DNA of 64,000 nt from Escherichia coli (GTDB taxonomy: Bacteria; Pseudomonadota; Gammaproteobacteria; Enterobacterales; Enterobacteriaceae): NCBI RefSeq assembly GCF_003334815.1, contig NZ_QOWO01000011.1; one strand, written 5' to 3'. This document shows positions 32,828-46,224 of this stretch, one piece after another. Below the pieces are notes generated by a model. The model made no database searches. It was not told where the DNA came from and saw only the letters and a program-made list of their open reading frames with translations. A program made the translations under genes and the position numbers. Positions within the stretch are counted from its first letter, which is position 1. Each line of letters starts with the position of its first letter.

Positions 32828-33850
32828 TTAATATTCCACCAGACCACCGTAATAGCGGCGTTCATCCGGGTTGTGATCTTTGTAAATAGACAGGTAGTAG
32901 CAGAGCCACTCCATTGGCACGAACATCAGGAACGGTGCCAGCCACGGGTGCAGCCCTTGCGAAATTTCGGCGTAATCGATGACGATCACGTTGTCAGTAC
33001 GCTGTTTAACAAAGTTAATGGCGCGTTCGGTGGTGTGGCGACTTTCATCATTGCCGAGCAGGAACAGGAACGGAACGCCCGGTTCGACAATCTCCAGCGG
33101 GCCATGGCGGAACTCTCCGCTCTCAATCACGCAGCCGTGCGTCCAGGTAAATTCCATCAGCGTTACAATGCCTTCTTTGTAACCCAGCGGACGCAGCGGA
33201 CCCGCAGCAACGGTATAAATCATCGGCCACTGGCTGGCCAGTTCACCAAGCTGGCGGCCTTTTTCTTCCCAGGTGCGTACCAGATGACCGAGCGCATTCG
33301 GCAACTGCTTGAGATCGTTTTTGATCTTGCCGATTTCCGCGTTCGGCGCGAGGCGGGTGATCATCTCCAGCACCACGCTGTAGCAGAGCAGCAGGTGAAT
33401 TTCCCAGATACAGTCGGCCTGATAATCAATGCTAAATTCCGCCGCCGAGGTAATCGGGCTATCCGCGCGTTTGGTGAACGCCGCAGTGAGTGCGCCGCAG
33501 GCCCGGCCCAGCTCCAGCGCTTTGATTACCTCTTCGGTTTTACCGTAGTCAGAAACGCCAATTACTGCGCAACGATCGTCGAGGCGATACGGGGTGTTAT
33601 CGCAGAACTCCCAGCCGGAAATGGCGTAGACCTGAAGATCGGAAAAGCGATCCGCCAGATGTTTCGCCGTTTGCGCCGCGTTGAGTGGCGATCCGCAGGC
33701 AACGAAATAAATACGATCAATGTCGCGCTTCACCATCTCTTCCACGATGGCGTGCACCAGCGGAACGTCATGGCTGAGAACTTTTTCCACTTCCTGAACC
33801 ATATTTTCGGTGACCAGAAAGTCCACGGTGCTTTTATCAATATCCAACAT
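32828..33850 (-). CDS. frlB: Fructoselysine-6-phosphate deglycase (double SIS domain), 340 aa.
   Basis: Recognised sequence; the ATG at 33848-33850 is preceded by GGAGA. Confidence 0.85.
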
Positions 33851-33870
33851 TTTATTTTCTCCAGATAACA

Positions 33871-35259
<1,389 letters not shown>

Positions 35260-35502
35260 TTAAAAGGTAACATGACAATGCATGATGAATATAACAACAT
35301 ATGATGTTATGTAATGTGGAGGAAGATCACAAAATTTCGCACAGGATCGCGCTGTGGCTAATGGATGTAGTTATCAAATTGAATTTAAAGTGAAAATATT
35401 TTTACGGGCGGGGGCAAGAAGGACATAGAAACAAATACGCCCTCGGAAAATCCAGAGGGCGTCGGGCAATTAAACCGGTGTTAGCCGATTTCTGTCAGAG
35501 AC

Positions 35503-35670
35503 TTACTGTGCAGTAGGACCGCAACCGCCAATGATTTTAGAAATAGAAATTGCCGGGTGCAGCAGGTAGTCGTAAGAGCAGTTCTTATCACGGTTTTCAA
35601 TATGACCAGTACATGCAGTTAACGTAGCCAGTACTGCACCTACCAGTGCAACTTTAATAAATTTGTTCAT
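35503..35670 (-). CDS. yhfL: Small lipoprotein of 55 aa, absent from the ORF track because it is under 60 aa.
   Basis: ATG at 35668-35670 translating to MNKFIKVALVGAVLATLTACTGHIENRDKNCSYDYLLHPAISISKIIGGCGPTAQ, with a lipobox LTAC, in an AT-rich locus. Confidence 0.7.
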   Translation of the reverse strand: MNKFIKVALVGAVLATLTACTGHIENRDKNCSYDYLLHPAISISKIIGGCGPTAQ

Positions 35671-35889
35671 TTACATTCCCTATGTATTATATATTAATTA
35701 ATATTCATTGATTATATGAATATAAGCAGACTGCTCGTTAAGAACGATACCGGAATATTTAATTGGCGTCAGTGAGCGAATGACTTAATTTTGTAAGTCG
35801 CTGTAACGGTGAATATAACCCATTAGCAGATAATATTTATTAAGGGGCTATGTTTTATTTGCTGAATATATAAAAAGAGTCATTAAGAA

Positions 35890-35907
35890 GGCCAGAATTC
35901 TCTGGCC
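35890..35907 (-). terminator. Hairpin just downstream of cysG, its likely terminator.
   Basis: GGCCAGA-attc-TCTGGCC, 10 nt beyond the cysG stop. Confidence 0.5.
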
Positions 35908-35916
35908 CGGGTTAAA

Positions 35917-37290
35917 TTAATGGTTGGAGAACCAGTTCAGTTTATCGCGCAGGCCAACAACCCGACCAATAATAATTAGCGATGGACTGTTCATTTGCTG
36001 CGCCAGTTCTCCCAGCTGTGTGAGCGTACCGTCAATCACGCGCTGCGTGACTGCCGTACCGTTTTCGACAATTGCCACCGGCATTTCGCCTGGCATTCCG
36101 TGTTCAATCAGCTTTTGCTGAATAGTCGCGGCCTGATTCAACCCCATATAGAACACCAGCGTCTGTTTTTCTGCCGCCAGGTTTTCCCAGTCCAGCTCGC
36201 CACCGGTTTTTAAGTGTCCGGTAATTAAGCGTACGCTCTGGGCATAATCGCGATGCGTGAGTGGAATACCCGAATAGGCAGAGCAACCAGAAGCTGCGGT
36301 AATACCCGGAACCACCGAGAACGGAATACCCGCGTTGCACAGTGTTTCCAGCTCTTCGCCACCACGGCCAAAAATAAACGGATCGCCACCTTTCAGCCGC
36401 ACCACGCGTTTGCCTTTTTGCGCTTCCCGCAGCAGGATCTGGTTAATCTCTTCCTGGGGTACGCAGTGGTATCCCGCGCGTTTGCCGACGAAAACACGGT
36501 CCGCATCGCGGCGTACCAGATTCATAATATCGTCAGAAACCAGACGGTCGTAGACCACCACATCTGCCTGCTGAATTTGTTGCAGTCCTTTCAGTGTCAG
36601 CAGCCCGGCATCGCCCGGACCTGCACCAACCAGCACCACTTCACCGCGATGGTCGAGCGGTTCGTTGATTAACTGTTCGGTCGTTTCAGTAATGGCTTTC
36701 TGATCGTTGTTTGCCAGCGACTGCGCCAGGCGGTCGTTAACGAACAATTTCTCCCAGAAACGGCGACGCTCACCCATCGTGGCGAACTGTTGTTTCACTC
36801 GCCCGCGTAATTGCCCGGCGTATTTCGCTACCTGGCCCAGATGTAACGGCAGCAGTGATTCAAGTTTTTCGCGCAACAGGCGTGCCAGAACCGGAGAGGT
36901 GCCGCCAGAGGAGACCGCTACCATGAGCGGTGAGCGGTCAATAATCGACGGCATAATAAAGCTGGCGGCTTTCGGCGCATCGACCACGTTACAGAAGATG
37001 CGACGAGCTTCAGCGGCTTCGCTGACGCGCTGGTTAAGCGCGTCATCATCCGTCGCTGCAATCGCCAGCCAGCAGGTGTCGAGAAGGCTTTCATCAAATG
37101 GCCCTTCGACGAGGGTTAACATGCCTGCATCTGCCCATGCGGTGAACTGTGGAATAAACGCTAATGCATTCACCGTTAAGCGAGCGCCTGCGTCTAACAG
37201 CAACCTTGCTTTGCGTTCCGCGACATCACCACCGCCGACAATCAGACAGTCGCGATCGCGTAATTGGCAAAATATAGGCAAATGATCCAC
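35917..37290 (-). CDS. cysG: Siroheme synthase (uroporphyrinogen-III C-methyltransferase / precorrin-2 dehydrogenase / ferrochelatase), 457 aa.
   Basis: Recognised sequence with a GTG start (VDH read as MDH) and an N-terminal Rossmann segment [12 protein letters not shown]. Confidence 0.95.
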
Positions 37291-37308
37291 GTAAAAACCC
37301 CTTAGTAA

Positions 37309-38115
37309 TTAACCGGCAGCCGTTTCAGTTTGATTAAATTTGTCCGCAACCGGACGATTCGCTTTCGGCGTAGCATACCAATAACCCAATCCCATGAATA
37401 CGGCACCTGATAAAGTATTACCCAGCGTCACCCACAGCAGGTTATGACCAATACCCGCCAGCGTGTAGGCTTCGCTGTGGTTGCCGAACCAGGAGAGCGC
37501 GAACAGCGTCATGTTAGCGATAGAGTGCTCGTAGCCGGACGCGATAAATGCCAGCAGACACCACCAGATAGCGATAAATTTCGCCGCCCCTTCAGTGCGC
37601 AGCGCCATCCAGATTGCCAGGCAAACCAGCCAGTTACACAATGCACCTTTGAAGAAGAGTACCATTGCCGGTGCAGTGGTTTTAGCCAGCGCGACGGAGT
37701 GAACGATGCTGGTATCTACCGGCAGCAGGCTACCGCCGCCCCAGCTATAGAGCATGGCAACGAAGACGGAACCGACCAGGTTACCCAGCCAGGTTTGCGG
37801 CAGGATTGCCCACATTTGCCCGTGGCTGATGCTGCCCGCTTTTACCCCAAAGGTGAGGAACATGGTGTGTCCGGTGAACAGTTCAGAACCGGCGATAATC
37901 ACCAGCGTTAAGGCGATACCAAAGGTCGCGCCCATCACCAAAGGGCGTACGGATGGATCGAGCAAATTACCGAGCGTGAAAATCAGGATGATCCCAAGAC
38001 CCACATACGCGCCCGCCATGGCGGAGCTGACCCAAAAGCCGAGCGGGTTATTTGCCGACAGGCGTGCAATGCGCGCAGCGTTAGCCGCACACTTATTAAT
38101 AGTGTCTGTAAACAT
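37309..38115 (-). CDS. nirC: Nitrite transporter (formate/nitrite transporter family), 268 aa.
   Basis: Recognised FNT-family sequence. Confidence 0.9.
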   Translation of the reverse strand: MFTDTINKCAANAARIARLSANNPLGFWVSSAMAGAYVGLGIILIFTLGNLLDPSVRPLVMGATFGIALTLVIIAGSELFTGHTMFLTFGVKAGSISHGQMWAILPQTWLGNLVGSVFVAMLYSWGGGSLLPVDTSIVHSVALAKTTAPAMVLFFKGALCNWLVCLAIWMALRTEGAAKFIAIWWCLLAFIASGYEHSIANMTLFALSWFGNHSEAYTLAGIGHNLLWVTLGNTLSGAVFMGLGYWYATPKANRPVADKFNQTETAAG

Positions 38116-38198
38116 TTGATTATCCTTTAAAAAATAAAAACAAAAAATAAAACAAAAAGTTTAAAAAATGTCCTGCAATATACCGAAGATTATTACAG

Positions 38199-38240
38199 GA
38201 CCATGCAAAAAGGGGAGGCATTGCGCCTCCCGTTAAAACA
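38199..38240 (-). terminator. Intrinsic terminator or attenuator immediately downstream of nirD, inside the nirBDC-cysG operon.
   Basis: On the minus strand: GGGAGGC-gcaat-GCCTCCC followed by CTTTTTG, then a 50-nt T-rich tract before nirC. Confidence 0.6.
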
Positions 38241-38567
38241 TTAACCGCGCAGCTGCACCACGCCGTCTTTCACTCGCGCTTCGTAATGTTTGACGGAAAA
38301 CTGTTCGTCTTCCATGCACAAGCCGTCGCTTAAGCGAAAACGCTGTTTTTTCAGCGGGCTGGCGACCCACAGCTCGCCCTGGTGTTCCGCAATCAGTCCG
38401 CGTGACAGCACGCTGGACTCGAAGAACGGGTCGATGTTGCTGATCGCAAACACCTGATCGCTGTGATACGGGCGGAAAATCGCGACCTGCTCGTCACCTA
38501 ACAGCGCGCAGACGCCGGTTTCAGGCAGGATGTCATCGATTTTGCAGATGTCTTTCCACTGGCTCAT
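38241..38567 (-). CDS. nirD: Nitrite reductase (NADH) small subunit, 108 aa.
   Basis: Recognised Rieske-like sequence; its start overlaps the nirB stop (ATGA). Confidence 0.9.
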   Translation of the reverse strand: MSQWKDICKIDDILPETGVCALLGDEQVAIFRPYHSDQVFAISNIDPFFESSVLSRGLIAEHQGELWVASPLKKQRFRLSDGLCMEDEQFSVKHYEARVKDGVVQLRG

Positions 38568-41107
38568 GCGTTGTCCTCCACCAGAGTTACTGGGATACGT
38601 TCATACGGCGTTGCCGGACGGTGCTGTTCGCGCTCTGGCACCATCTGCACGTTCGGGTCACGCTTGTCGCTGTTGATGAAGTGTTTGAAGCGAGTCTGCG
38701 CAGACGGCGTATTGACCGTTTCAGTCCACTCACACAGTACCGCTTCACGCAGGCGCGCCATCTCTTCTTCCAGATGTGCGTTCAGCCCCAGTTTGTCGTC
38801 AATGATCACTGCTTTCAGGTAATCGATGCCGCCTTCGAGGTTTTCTAACCACGGTGCGGTACGCGTCAGTTTGTCGGCAGTACGGATGTAGAACATCATG
38901 AAGCGGTCGAGATATTTGATCAGCGTTTCGCGATCGATATCCGCCGCCAGCAGATCCGCATGACGCGGTTTCATGCCGCCGTTACCGCAAACATACAGGT
39001 TCCAGCCTTTTTCAGTGGCGATAATACCCACGTCTTTACCCTGAGCTTCTGAACATTCACGGGTACAGCCGGAGACACCGAACTTCATTTTGTGCGGCGT
39101 ACGGATGCCTTTGTAGCGGTTTTCCAGTTCCACGCCGAGGCCGACGCTGTCGCCAACGCCGTAGCGGCACCAGGTGCTACCCACGCAGGTTTTCGCCATA
39201 CGCAGTGCTTTCGCATAGGCATGACCGGTTTCGAAGCCGGCTTCAATCAGCTGACGCCAGATCTCCGGCAGATCGTCTTTCTGTGCGCCAAACATCGCCA
39301 GACGCTGGGAGCCAGTGATCTTGGTGTAGAGATTAAATTCACGCGCGATACGACCTACCGCCATCAGCCCTTCCGGGGTGATTTCACCGCCCGGAGAACG
39401 CGGGATCACCGAGTAGGTGCCGTCTTTCTGGATGTTAGCGAGGAAGTTGTCGTTAGAATCCTGCAGCGGAGTATGTTCCGGCTTCAGAATGTATTCGTTC
39501 CAGCAGGAGGCCAGCAGCGAACCGACGGTTGGTTTACAAACTTCACAACCGTAGCCTTTGCCGTGTTTCGCCAGCAGTTCTTCGAAGGTTTTAATGCCTT
39601 CAACGCGGATCAAATGGAACAGTTCCTGACGCGAATAAGCAAAGTGTTCGCACAGGTTGTTGTTAACTTCGATGCCCTGTTTCGCCAGTTCCGCGTTCAG
39701 TACCTGAGTGACCAGCGGGATACAGCCACCGCAGCCAGTACCCGCTTTGGTTTCAGCTTTCAGCGCCGCAACTGTGTGGCAGCCTTTGTTGATGGCAGCA
39801 ATCAGATCACCTTTGGTGACGTCGAAGCAGGAGCAGATTTGCGCGCTGTCCGGCAGTTTATCAACACCGATAGACGGCTTGCCGCTACCCGAGTGTGCTG
39901 GCAGGATCAGGGAATCCGGGTTTTCCGGCAGTTCGATAGCGTTCAGCACCAGTTGCAGCAGGTTACCGTAGTCGCTGGTATCGCCCACCAGTACCGCACC
40001 GAGCAGGGTTTTGTTGTCTTCGCTGACAATCAGGCGTTTGTAGATCTCTTTACTTTCGTCGAGGTAAACGTAGCTACGTGCGCCAGGCGTGCGACCGTGC
40101 GCATCACCAATACCGCCTACGTCTACGCCCAGCAGTTTCAGCTTGGCGCTAAGGTCAGCACCTTCAAAGGCGTTTTCGCTACCGAGAATATGGTCAACGG
40201 CGACCTGCGCCATTTTGTAGCCAGGTGCTACCAGACCAAATACACGGTTGTTCCAGCTTGCGCATTCACCGATGGCGTAGATATCCGGATCGGAAGTCTG
40301 GCAGGAATCATTAATGACAATACCCCCACGCGGAGCAACGTCCAGACCACACTGGGTTGCCAGCTTATCGCGCGGACGGATACCGGTAGAGAAGACGATA
40401 AAGTCGACTTCCAGTTCGCTGCCGTCGGCAAAACGCATGGTTTTACGCGCTTCAACACCTTCCTGCACAATCTCAAGGGTGTTTTTGCTGGTGTGAACGC
40501 GCACGCCCATACTTTCGATTTTGCGACGCAGCTGCTCGCCGCCCATCTGATCAAGCTGTTCTGCCATCAGCATAGGGGCAAATTCGATAACGTGGGTTTC
40601 AATACCTAAGTTTTTCAGCGCGCCTGCGGCTTCTAGACCTAACAGGCCGCCACCAACAACGGCACCGCGTTTGCTGCGACGGGCGCAGGATTCAATGGCG
40701 TTGAGGTCTTCAATAGTGCGATAGACAAAGCAGTCCTGAGTATCAGAACCTTTGATTGGCGGGATCCACGGGTAGGAACCGGTTGCCATGATCAGCTTGT
40801 CATAAAAAACGGTACGTCCGGCGCTGGAGTGAATCACCTTCTCCTGACGGTTGATGGTGATAGCGCGTTCGCCGACCAGAACTTTGATGCCGTGTTTCTC
40901 GTAGAAGCCTTCGCGCACCAGCGACAGCTCTTCGGCGGTGTGGTGAGAGAAGTAAGACGAGAGGTGTACGCGGTCATAAGCGATGCGCGGTTCTTCACAG
41001 AAAACGGTAATATCAAAGTTGGCCGCATCAGATTTATCAAGAAGATCTTCGATAAAGCGATGGCCGACCATACCGTTACCGATAATTGCGAGTCTGACTT
41101 TGCTCAT
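38564..41107 (-). CDS. nirB: Nitrite reductase (NADH) large subunit, 847 aa.
   Basis: Recognised sequence with N-terminal FAD/NAD fold AIIGNGMVGHRF and siroheme/Fe-S motifs. Confidence 0.95.
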   Translation of the reverse strand: MSKVRLAIIGNGMVGHRFIEDLLDKSDAANFDITVFCEEPRIAYDRVHLSSYFSHHTAEELSLVREGFYEKHGIKVLVGERAITINRQEKVIHSSAGRTVFYDKLIMATGSYPWIPPIKGSDTQDCFVYRTIEDLNAIESCARRSKRGAVVGGGLLGLEAAGALKNLGIETHVIEFAPMLMAEQLDQMGGEQLRRKIESMGVRVHTSKNTLEIVQEGVEARKTMRFADGSELEVDFIVFSTGIRPRDKLATQCGLDVAPRGGIVINDSCQTSDPDIYAIGECASWNNRVFGLVAPGYKMAQVAVDHILGSENAFEGADLSAKLKLLGVDVGGIGDAHGRTPGARSYVYLDESKEIYKRLIVSEDNKTLLGAVLVGDTSDYGNLLQLVLNAIELPENPDSLILPAHSGSGKPSIGVDKLPDSAQICSCFDVTKGDLIAAINKGCHTVAALKAETKAGTGCGGCIPLVTQVLNAELAKQGIEVNNNLCEHFAYSRQELFHLIRVEGIKTFEELLAKHGKGYGCEVCKPTVGSLLASCWNEYILKPEHTPLQDSNDNFLANIQKDGTYSVIPRSPGGEITPEGLMAVGRIAREFNLYTKITGSQRLAMFGAQKDDLPEIWRQLIEAGFETGHAYAKALRMAKTCVGSTWCRYGVGDSVGLGVELENRYKGIRTPHKMKFGVSGCTRECSEAQGKDVGIIATEKGWNLYVCGNGGMKPRHADLLAADIDRETLIKYLDRFMMFYIRTADKLTRTAPWLENLEGGIDYLKAVIIDDKLGLNAHLEEEMARLREAVLCEWTETVNTPSAQTRFKHFINSDKRDPNVQMVPEREQHRPATPYERIPVTLVEDNA

Positions 41108-41165
41108 TTTTGCCTCGATTTCTTTTCTATTACCGCCTACCTTAACGATTCAGCAACCCCGCTTA

Positions 41166-41179
41166 TTGATGTAAATCAA
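41166..41179 (-). promoter_or_regulatory. FNR binding site of the nirB promoter, centred about -41.5.
   Basis: Perfect FNR consensus TTGAT-gtaa-ATCAA, about 60 bp upstream of the nirB ATG; the -10 hexamer TAAGGT (minus strand) is at 41139-41145. Confidence 0.8.
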
Positions 41180-41192
41180 ATTCACCTTTATA

Positions 41193-41208
41193 TACTCCTT
41201 AATGGGTA
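41193..41208 (-). promoter_or_regulatory. NarL/NarP 7-2-7 heptamer pair of the nirB promoter, about -69.5.
   Basis: TACTCCT-TA-ATGGGTA, an inverted pair of TACYYMT heptamers, 28 bp upstream of the FNR-box centre. Confidence 0.7.
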
Positions 41209-41320
41209 TATTGCTGATTTGTATAAATTTTCTTAAGTCACGGAATTGTCTGATATTTCATGTTTGTGCAAAAAATAGACAAAATGAGCGGGTTTATAGA
41301 AATAGATGCACGTAGCGGGG

Positions 41321-41360
41321 GAAGAGAGGAAAAGGCCGGACGACGATAGTGCCGTCCGGC
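41321..41360 (-). terminator. Intrinsic terminator of tsgA.
   Basis: GCCGGACG...CGTCCGGC hairpin followed on the minus strand by a TTTTCCTCTCTTC tract. Confidence 0.55.
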
Positions 41361-41368
41361 ATGAGCAA

Positions 41369-42550
41369 TTAATGAGAGGTCAGGGTGTTATGCTGACGGT
41401 GACGGCTGACGAAACCTAACAGGAAGCACATCACAAAGACGACAGCGTACAGACCGTTTGCTGTAAGCAGTGCCGCCTGCGGACCGCTATGTTCAACGAT
41501 CGGGCCGGTAACCACAAAGGTCAACATAGTACCGATGGTTCCGCAGGTCAGGACAAAGTTAACCAGTTTTGGCGACGGTACTTTGGTCTGCTGTGAACCC
41601 AGGGTGATGATGGTGGTATAGATCGCGCTGGAGAAGAAGCCCAGAGCGAGAATTGACCACGCCATATGTGCTGGTGTTCCGGTGTTAAAGACGTACATCA
41701 GAATCGCAGCCAGACCAGCCAGTACGGTCAGAATGCGTTGCAAATCAAAGAAGCGAAGAATAAAGCTGAACGCCCACATGCCGACCATGTATGACATCCA
41801 GAAGTTACTCACCAGCGTGCCCGCGTCGTTCAGGCTCATGCCCAGGCCTTTGGCATACTCAGGCACCCAGGAGATAAAACCTAACTGACCGAGGATGTAG
41901 CACAACGCCGCAACAGAGAGAAACAGTACGCCGATCCCCCACTTTTCTTTCTCTACCGGAGCATCCGTTTTTGGCGCATGTTTGCCCAGCGCCGGGAACT
42001 CACAGCCGAAGGTCAGAATAAAAATAGCGACATACACCAGCCCGATGCAGGCATAAACCCAGTACCACTCAATGCTGCGCGCCAGTAGAAACGCGGCGAT
42101 CATTGGGAAAATCATCCCAGCCATACTGAAGAAGGAGTCGGTAAATAACAGGCGGGAACCGCGCTGACGCCCTTCATACATTTGTGTTACCAGGAATGTA
42201 CCAATCGACATGGTGATGCCGCTGACCACCCCGAGAATGAACATCGCCGCCGAGAACAGCGCCAGGCTGTGGCTGAACATCAAACCGGCAACCGCCAGCA
42301 CCATCAGGAGAAAGCCAAAACGTAACTGCGTTTTCAACGGGACGATTTCCATCAGCCAGGCGTTGAGGAAGATAGAGATTAAAATGCCGGCGTTGAGGAA
42401 GGTGAAGGTATTACTCATACTGGAAACAGGCAGATTGAAATAATCGGCGATATTTCCCATCACCATCCCGGTGACAATAACCAACGCACCAGTCAGTGCG
42501 TAGGAGAGAAAGCTAATCCATGTGAGCTTGATGCGATTGCTGTTAGTCAT
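41369..42550 (-). CDS. tsgA: MFS-family membrane protein TsgA, 393 aa.
   Basis: 12-TM MFS-like sequence; position and length. Confidence 0.85.
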
Positions 42551-42811
42551 GATTGGCCTGCGTTCAAAAATAAAATGGCATAGCGGGATATGCCGCGAGC
42601 GGGCGATTTTAGGTGATTTTGTGATCTGTTTAAATGTTTTATTGCAATCGGTTGCTAAATTGCATTTTAAGAGGTGATTTTGATCACGGAATAAAAAGTG
42701 ATCGTCAGGTTACATATATTTCAGATACGTAAAATTAGGTAAAGGGATGGCCTTGTTCTTGAAGGCTATTTAGAATCTCTTCACTTGCTTTTTTTCTGCT
42801 CTGTTTGTTAA

Positions 42812-43393
<582 letters not shown>

Positions 43394-43402
43394 TGATTTC
43401 TC

Positions 43403-43433
43403 GCGCGGGCAATCTTGCCCGCGCTTCTGCTCT
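43403..43433 (+). terminator. Intrinsic terminator of ppiA.
   Basis: GCGCGGGCAA-tc-TTGCCCGCGC followed by TTCTGCTCT. Confidence 0.65.
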
Positions 43434-43497
43434 CCCGGCGTAACCCGGATTTGCCGCTTATACTTGTGGCAAATGGACACGTTCAGGGAGGCATCAA

Positions 43498-43665
43498 GTG
43501 AAGAAACTCACCGATAAGCAAAAGTCCCGTCTCTGGGAGCTTCAGCGTAATCGTAATTTTCAGGCCAGTCGCCGTCTTGAAGGCGTCGAGATGCCTTTAG
43601 TCACTCTTACTGCCGCAGAGGCTTTAGCGCGCCTTGAAGAGCTGAGGAGTCACTATGAGCGATAA
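43498..43665 (+). CDS. yhfG: Small antitoxin-like partner of Fic, 55 aa, absent from the ORF track.
   Basis: GTG start after GGAGG, translating to [55 protein letters not shown]. Its stop overlaps the fic start (ATGAGCGATAA). Confidence 0.7.
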
Positions 43666-44257
43666 ATTCGGCGAAGGGCGCGATCCGTATCTTTATCCAG
43701 GCCTTGATATCATGCGTAACCGGCTGAACATCCGCCAGCAGCAGCGGCTGGAACAGGCCGCTTACGAAATGACGGCGCTGCGTGCTGCGACCATTGAGCT
43801 TGGTCCGCTGGTGCGCGGTTTACCGCATTTGCGAACTATCCATCGCCAGCTGTATCAGGATATTTTCGACTGGGCAGGGCAACTGCGTGAAGTTGATATT
43901 TATCAGGGTGATACGCCGTTCTGCCACTTTGCTTATATCGAAAAAGAGGGCAATGCCCTGATGCAGGATCTGGAGGAAGAAGGTTATCTGGTTGGCCTGG
44001 AGAAAGCGAAGTTCGTCGAGCGGCTGGCGCATTACTATTGTGAAATCAACGTGCTGCATCCCTTCCGGGTGGGAAGTGGTCTGGCACAGCGGATCTTCTT
44101 CGAGCAACTGGCGATTCATGCCGGATATCAACTGAGCTGGCAGGGTATCGAAAAAGAGGCCTGGAATCAGGCAAATCAGAGTGGGGCAATGGGGGATCTC
44201 ACCGCACTGCAGATGATATTTAGCAAAGTGGTAAGCGAAGCCGGGGAATCTGAGTAA
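43655..44257 (+). CDS. fic: Fic-domain protein (cell filamentation protein), 200 aa.
   Basis: Fido fold with the motif [12 protein letters not shown] at codons 135-146 (nt 44057-44092). Confidence 0.9.
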
Positions 44258-44288
44258 AATAGCGCGGTTCTTTTGTACCGGAGCCGCC

Positions 44289-44852
44289 ATGATCCTGCTT
44301 ATAGATAACTACGATTCTTTTACCTGGAACCTCTACCAGTACTTTTGTGAACTGGGGGCGGATGTGCTGGTTAAGCGCAACGATGCGTTGACGCTGGCGG
44401 ATATCGACGCCCTTAAACCACAAAAAATTGTCATCTCACCTGGCCCCTGTACGCCAGATGAAGCCGGGATCTCCCTTGACGTTATTCGCCACTATGCCGG
44501 GCGCTTGCCGATTCTTGGCGTCTGCCTCGGTCATCAGGCAATGGCGCAGGCATTTGGCGGTAAAGTTGTGCGCGCCGCAAAGGTCATGCACGGCAAAACC
44601 TCGCCGATTACACATAACGGTGAGGGCGTATTTCGGGGGCTGGCAAATCCACTTACCGTGACACGCTACCATTCGCTGGTGGTGGAACCTGACTCATTAC
44701 CAGCGTGCTTTGACGTGACGGCCTGGAGCGAAACCCGCGAGATTATGGGGATTCGCCATCGCCAGTGGGATCTGGAAGGTGTGCAGTTCCATCCAGAAAG
44801 TATTCTTAGCGAACAAGGACATCAACTGCTGGCTAATTTCCTGCATCGCTGA
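44289..44852 (+). CDS. pabA: Aminodeoxychorismate synthase component II (glutamine amidotransferase), 187 aa.
   Basis: GATase catalytic Cys context GVCLGHQA. Confidence 0.95.
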   Translation: MILLIDNYDSFTWNLYQYFCELGADVLVKRNDALTLADIDALKPQKIVISPGPCTPDEAGISLDVIRHYAGRLPILGVCLGHQAMAQAFGGKVVRAAKVMHGKTSPITHNGEGVFRGLANPLTVTRYHSLVVEPDSLPACFDVTAWSETREIMGIRHRQWDLEGVQFHPESILSEQGHQLLANFLHR

Positions 44853-44922
44853 TTTCTGATTGCCATTTAGTGATTTTTTATGCATATTTTGTGGTTATAA
44901 TTTCACATTTGTTTATGCGTAA

Positions 44923-46158
<1,236 letters not shown>

Positions 46159-46164
46159 ATACGA

Positions 46165-46212
46165 AGCATCAGGCAAAAGATGTCGGATGCGGCGTGAATG
46201 CCTTATCCGATG
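46165..46212. repeat. REP-like element between the convergent genes argD and yhfK.
   Basis: TGTCGGATGCGGCGTGAATGCCTTATCCGATGG, a REP variant. Confidence 0.65.
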
Positions 46213-46224
46213 GTTTAGCCTGCA

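Noticed and set aside
32873-33868. A 331-aa ORF on the plus strand.
   Set aside because: It is antisense to frlB, which has clear SIS-domain homology on the other strand.
39092-40609. A 505-aa ORF on the plus strand.
   Set aside because: It lies entirely antisense to nirB, whose product is unmistakable. Long stop-free antisense frames are expected in GC-rich, codon-biased genes, and this one has no Shine-Dalgarno sequence and low-complexity R/A/T/F-rich content.
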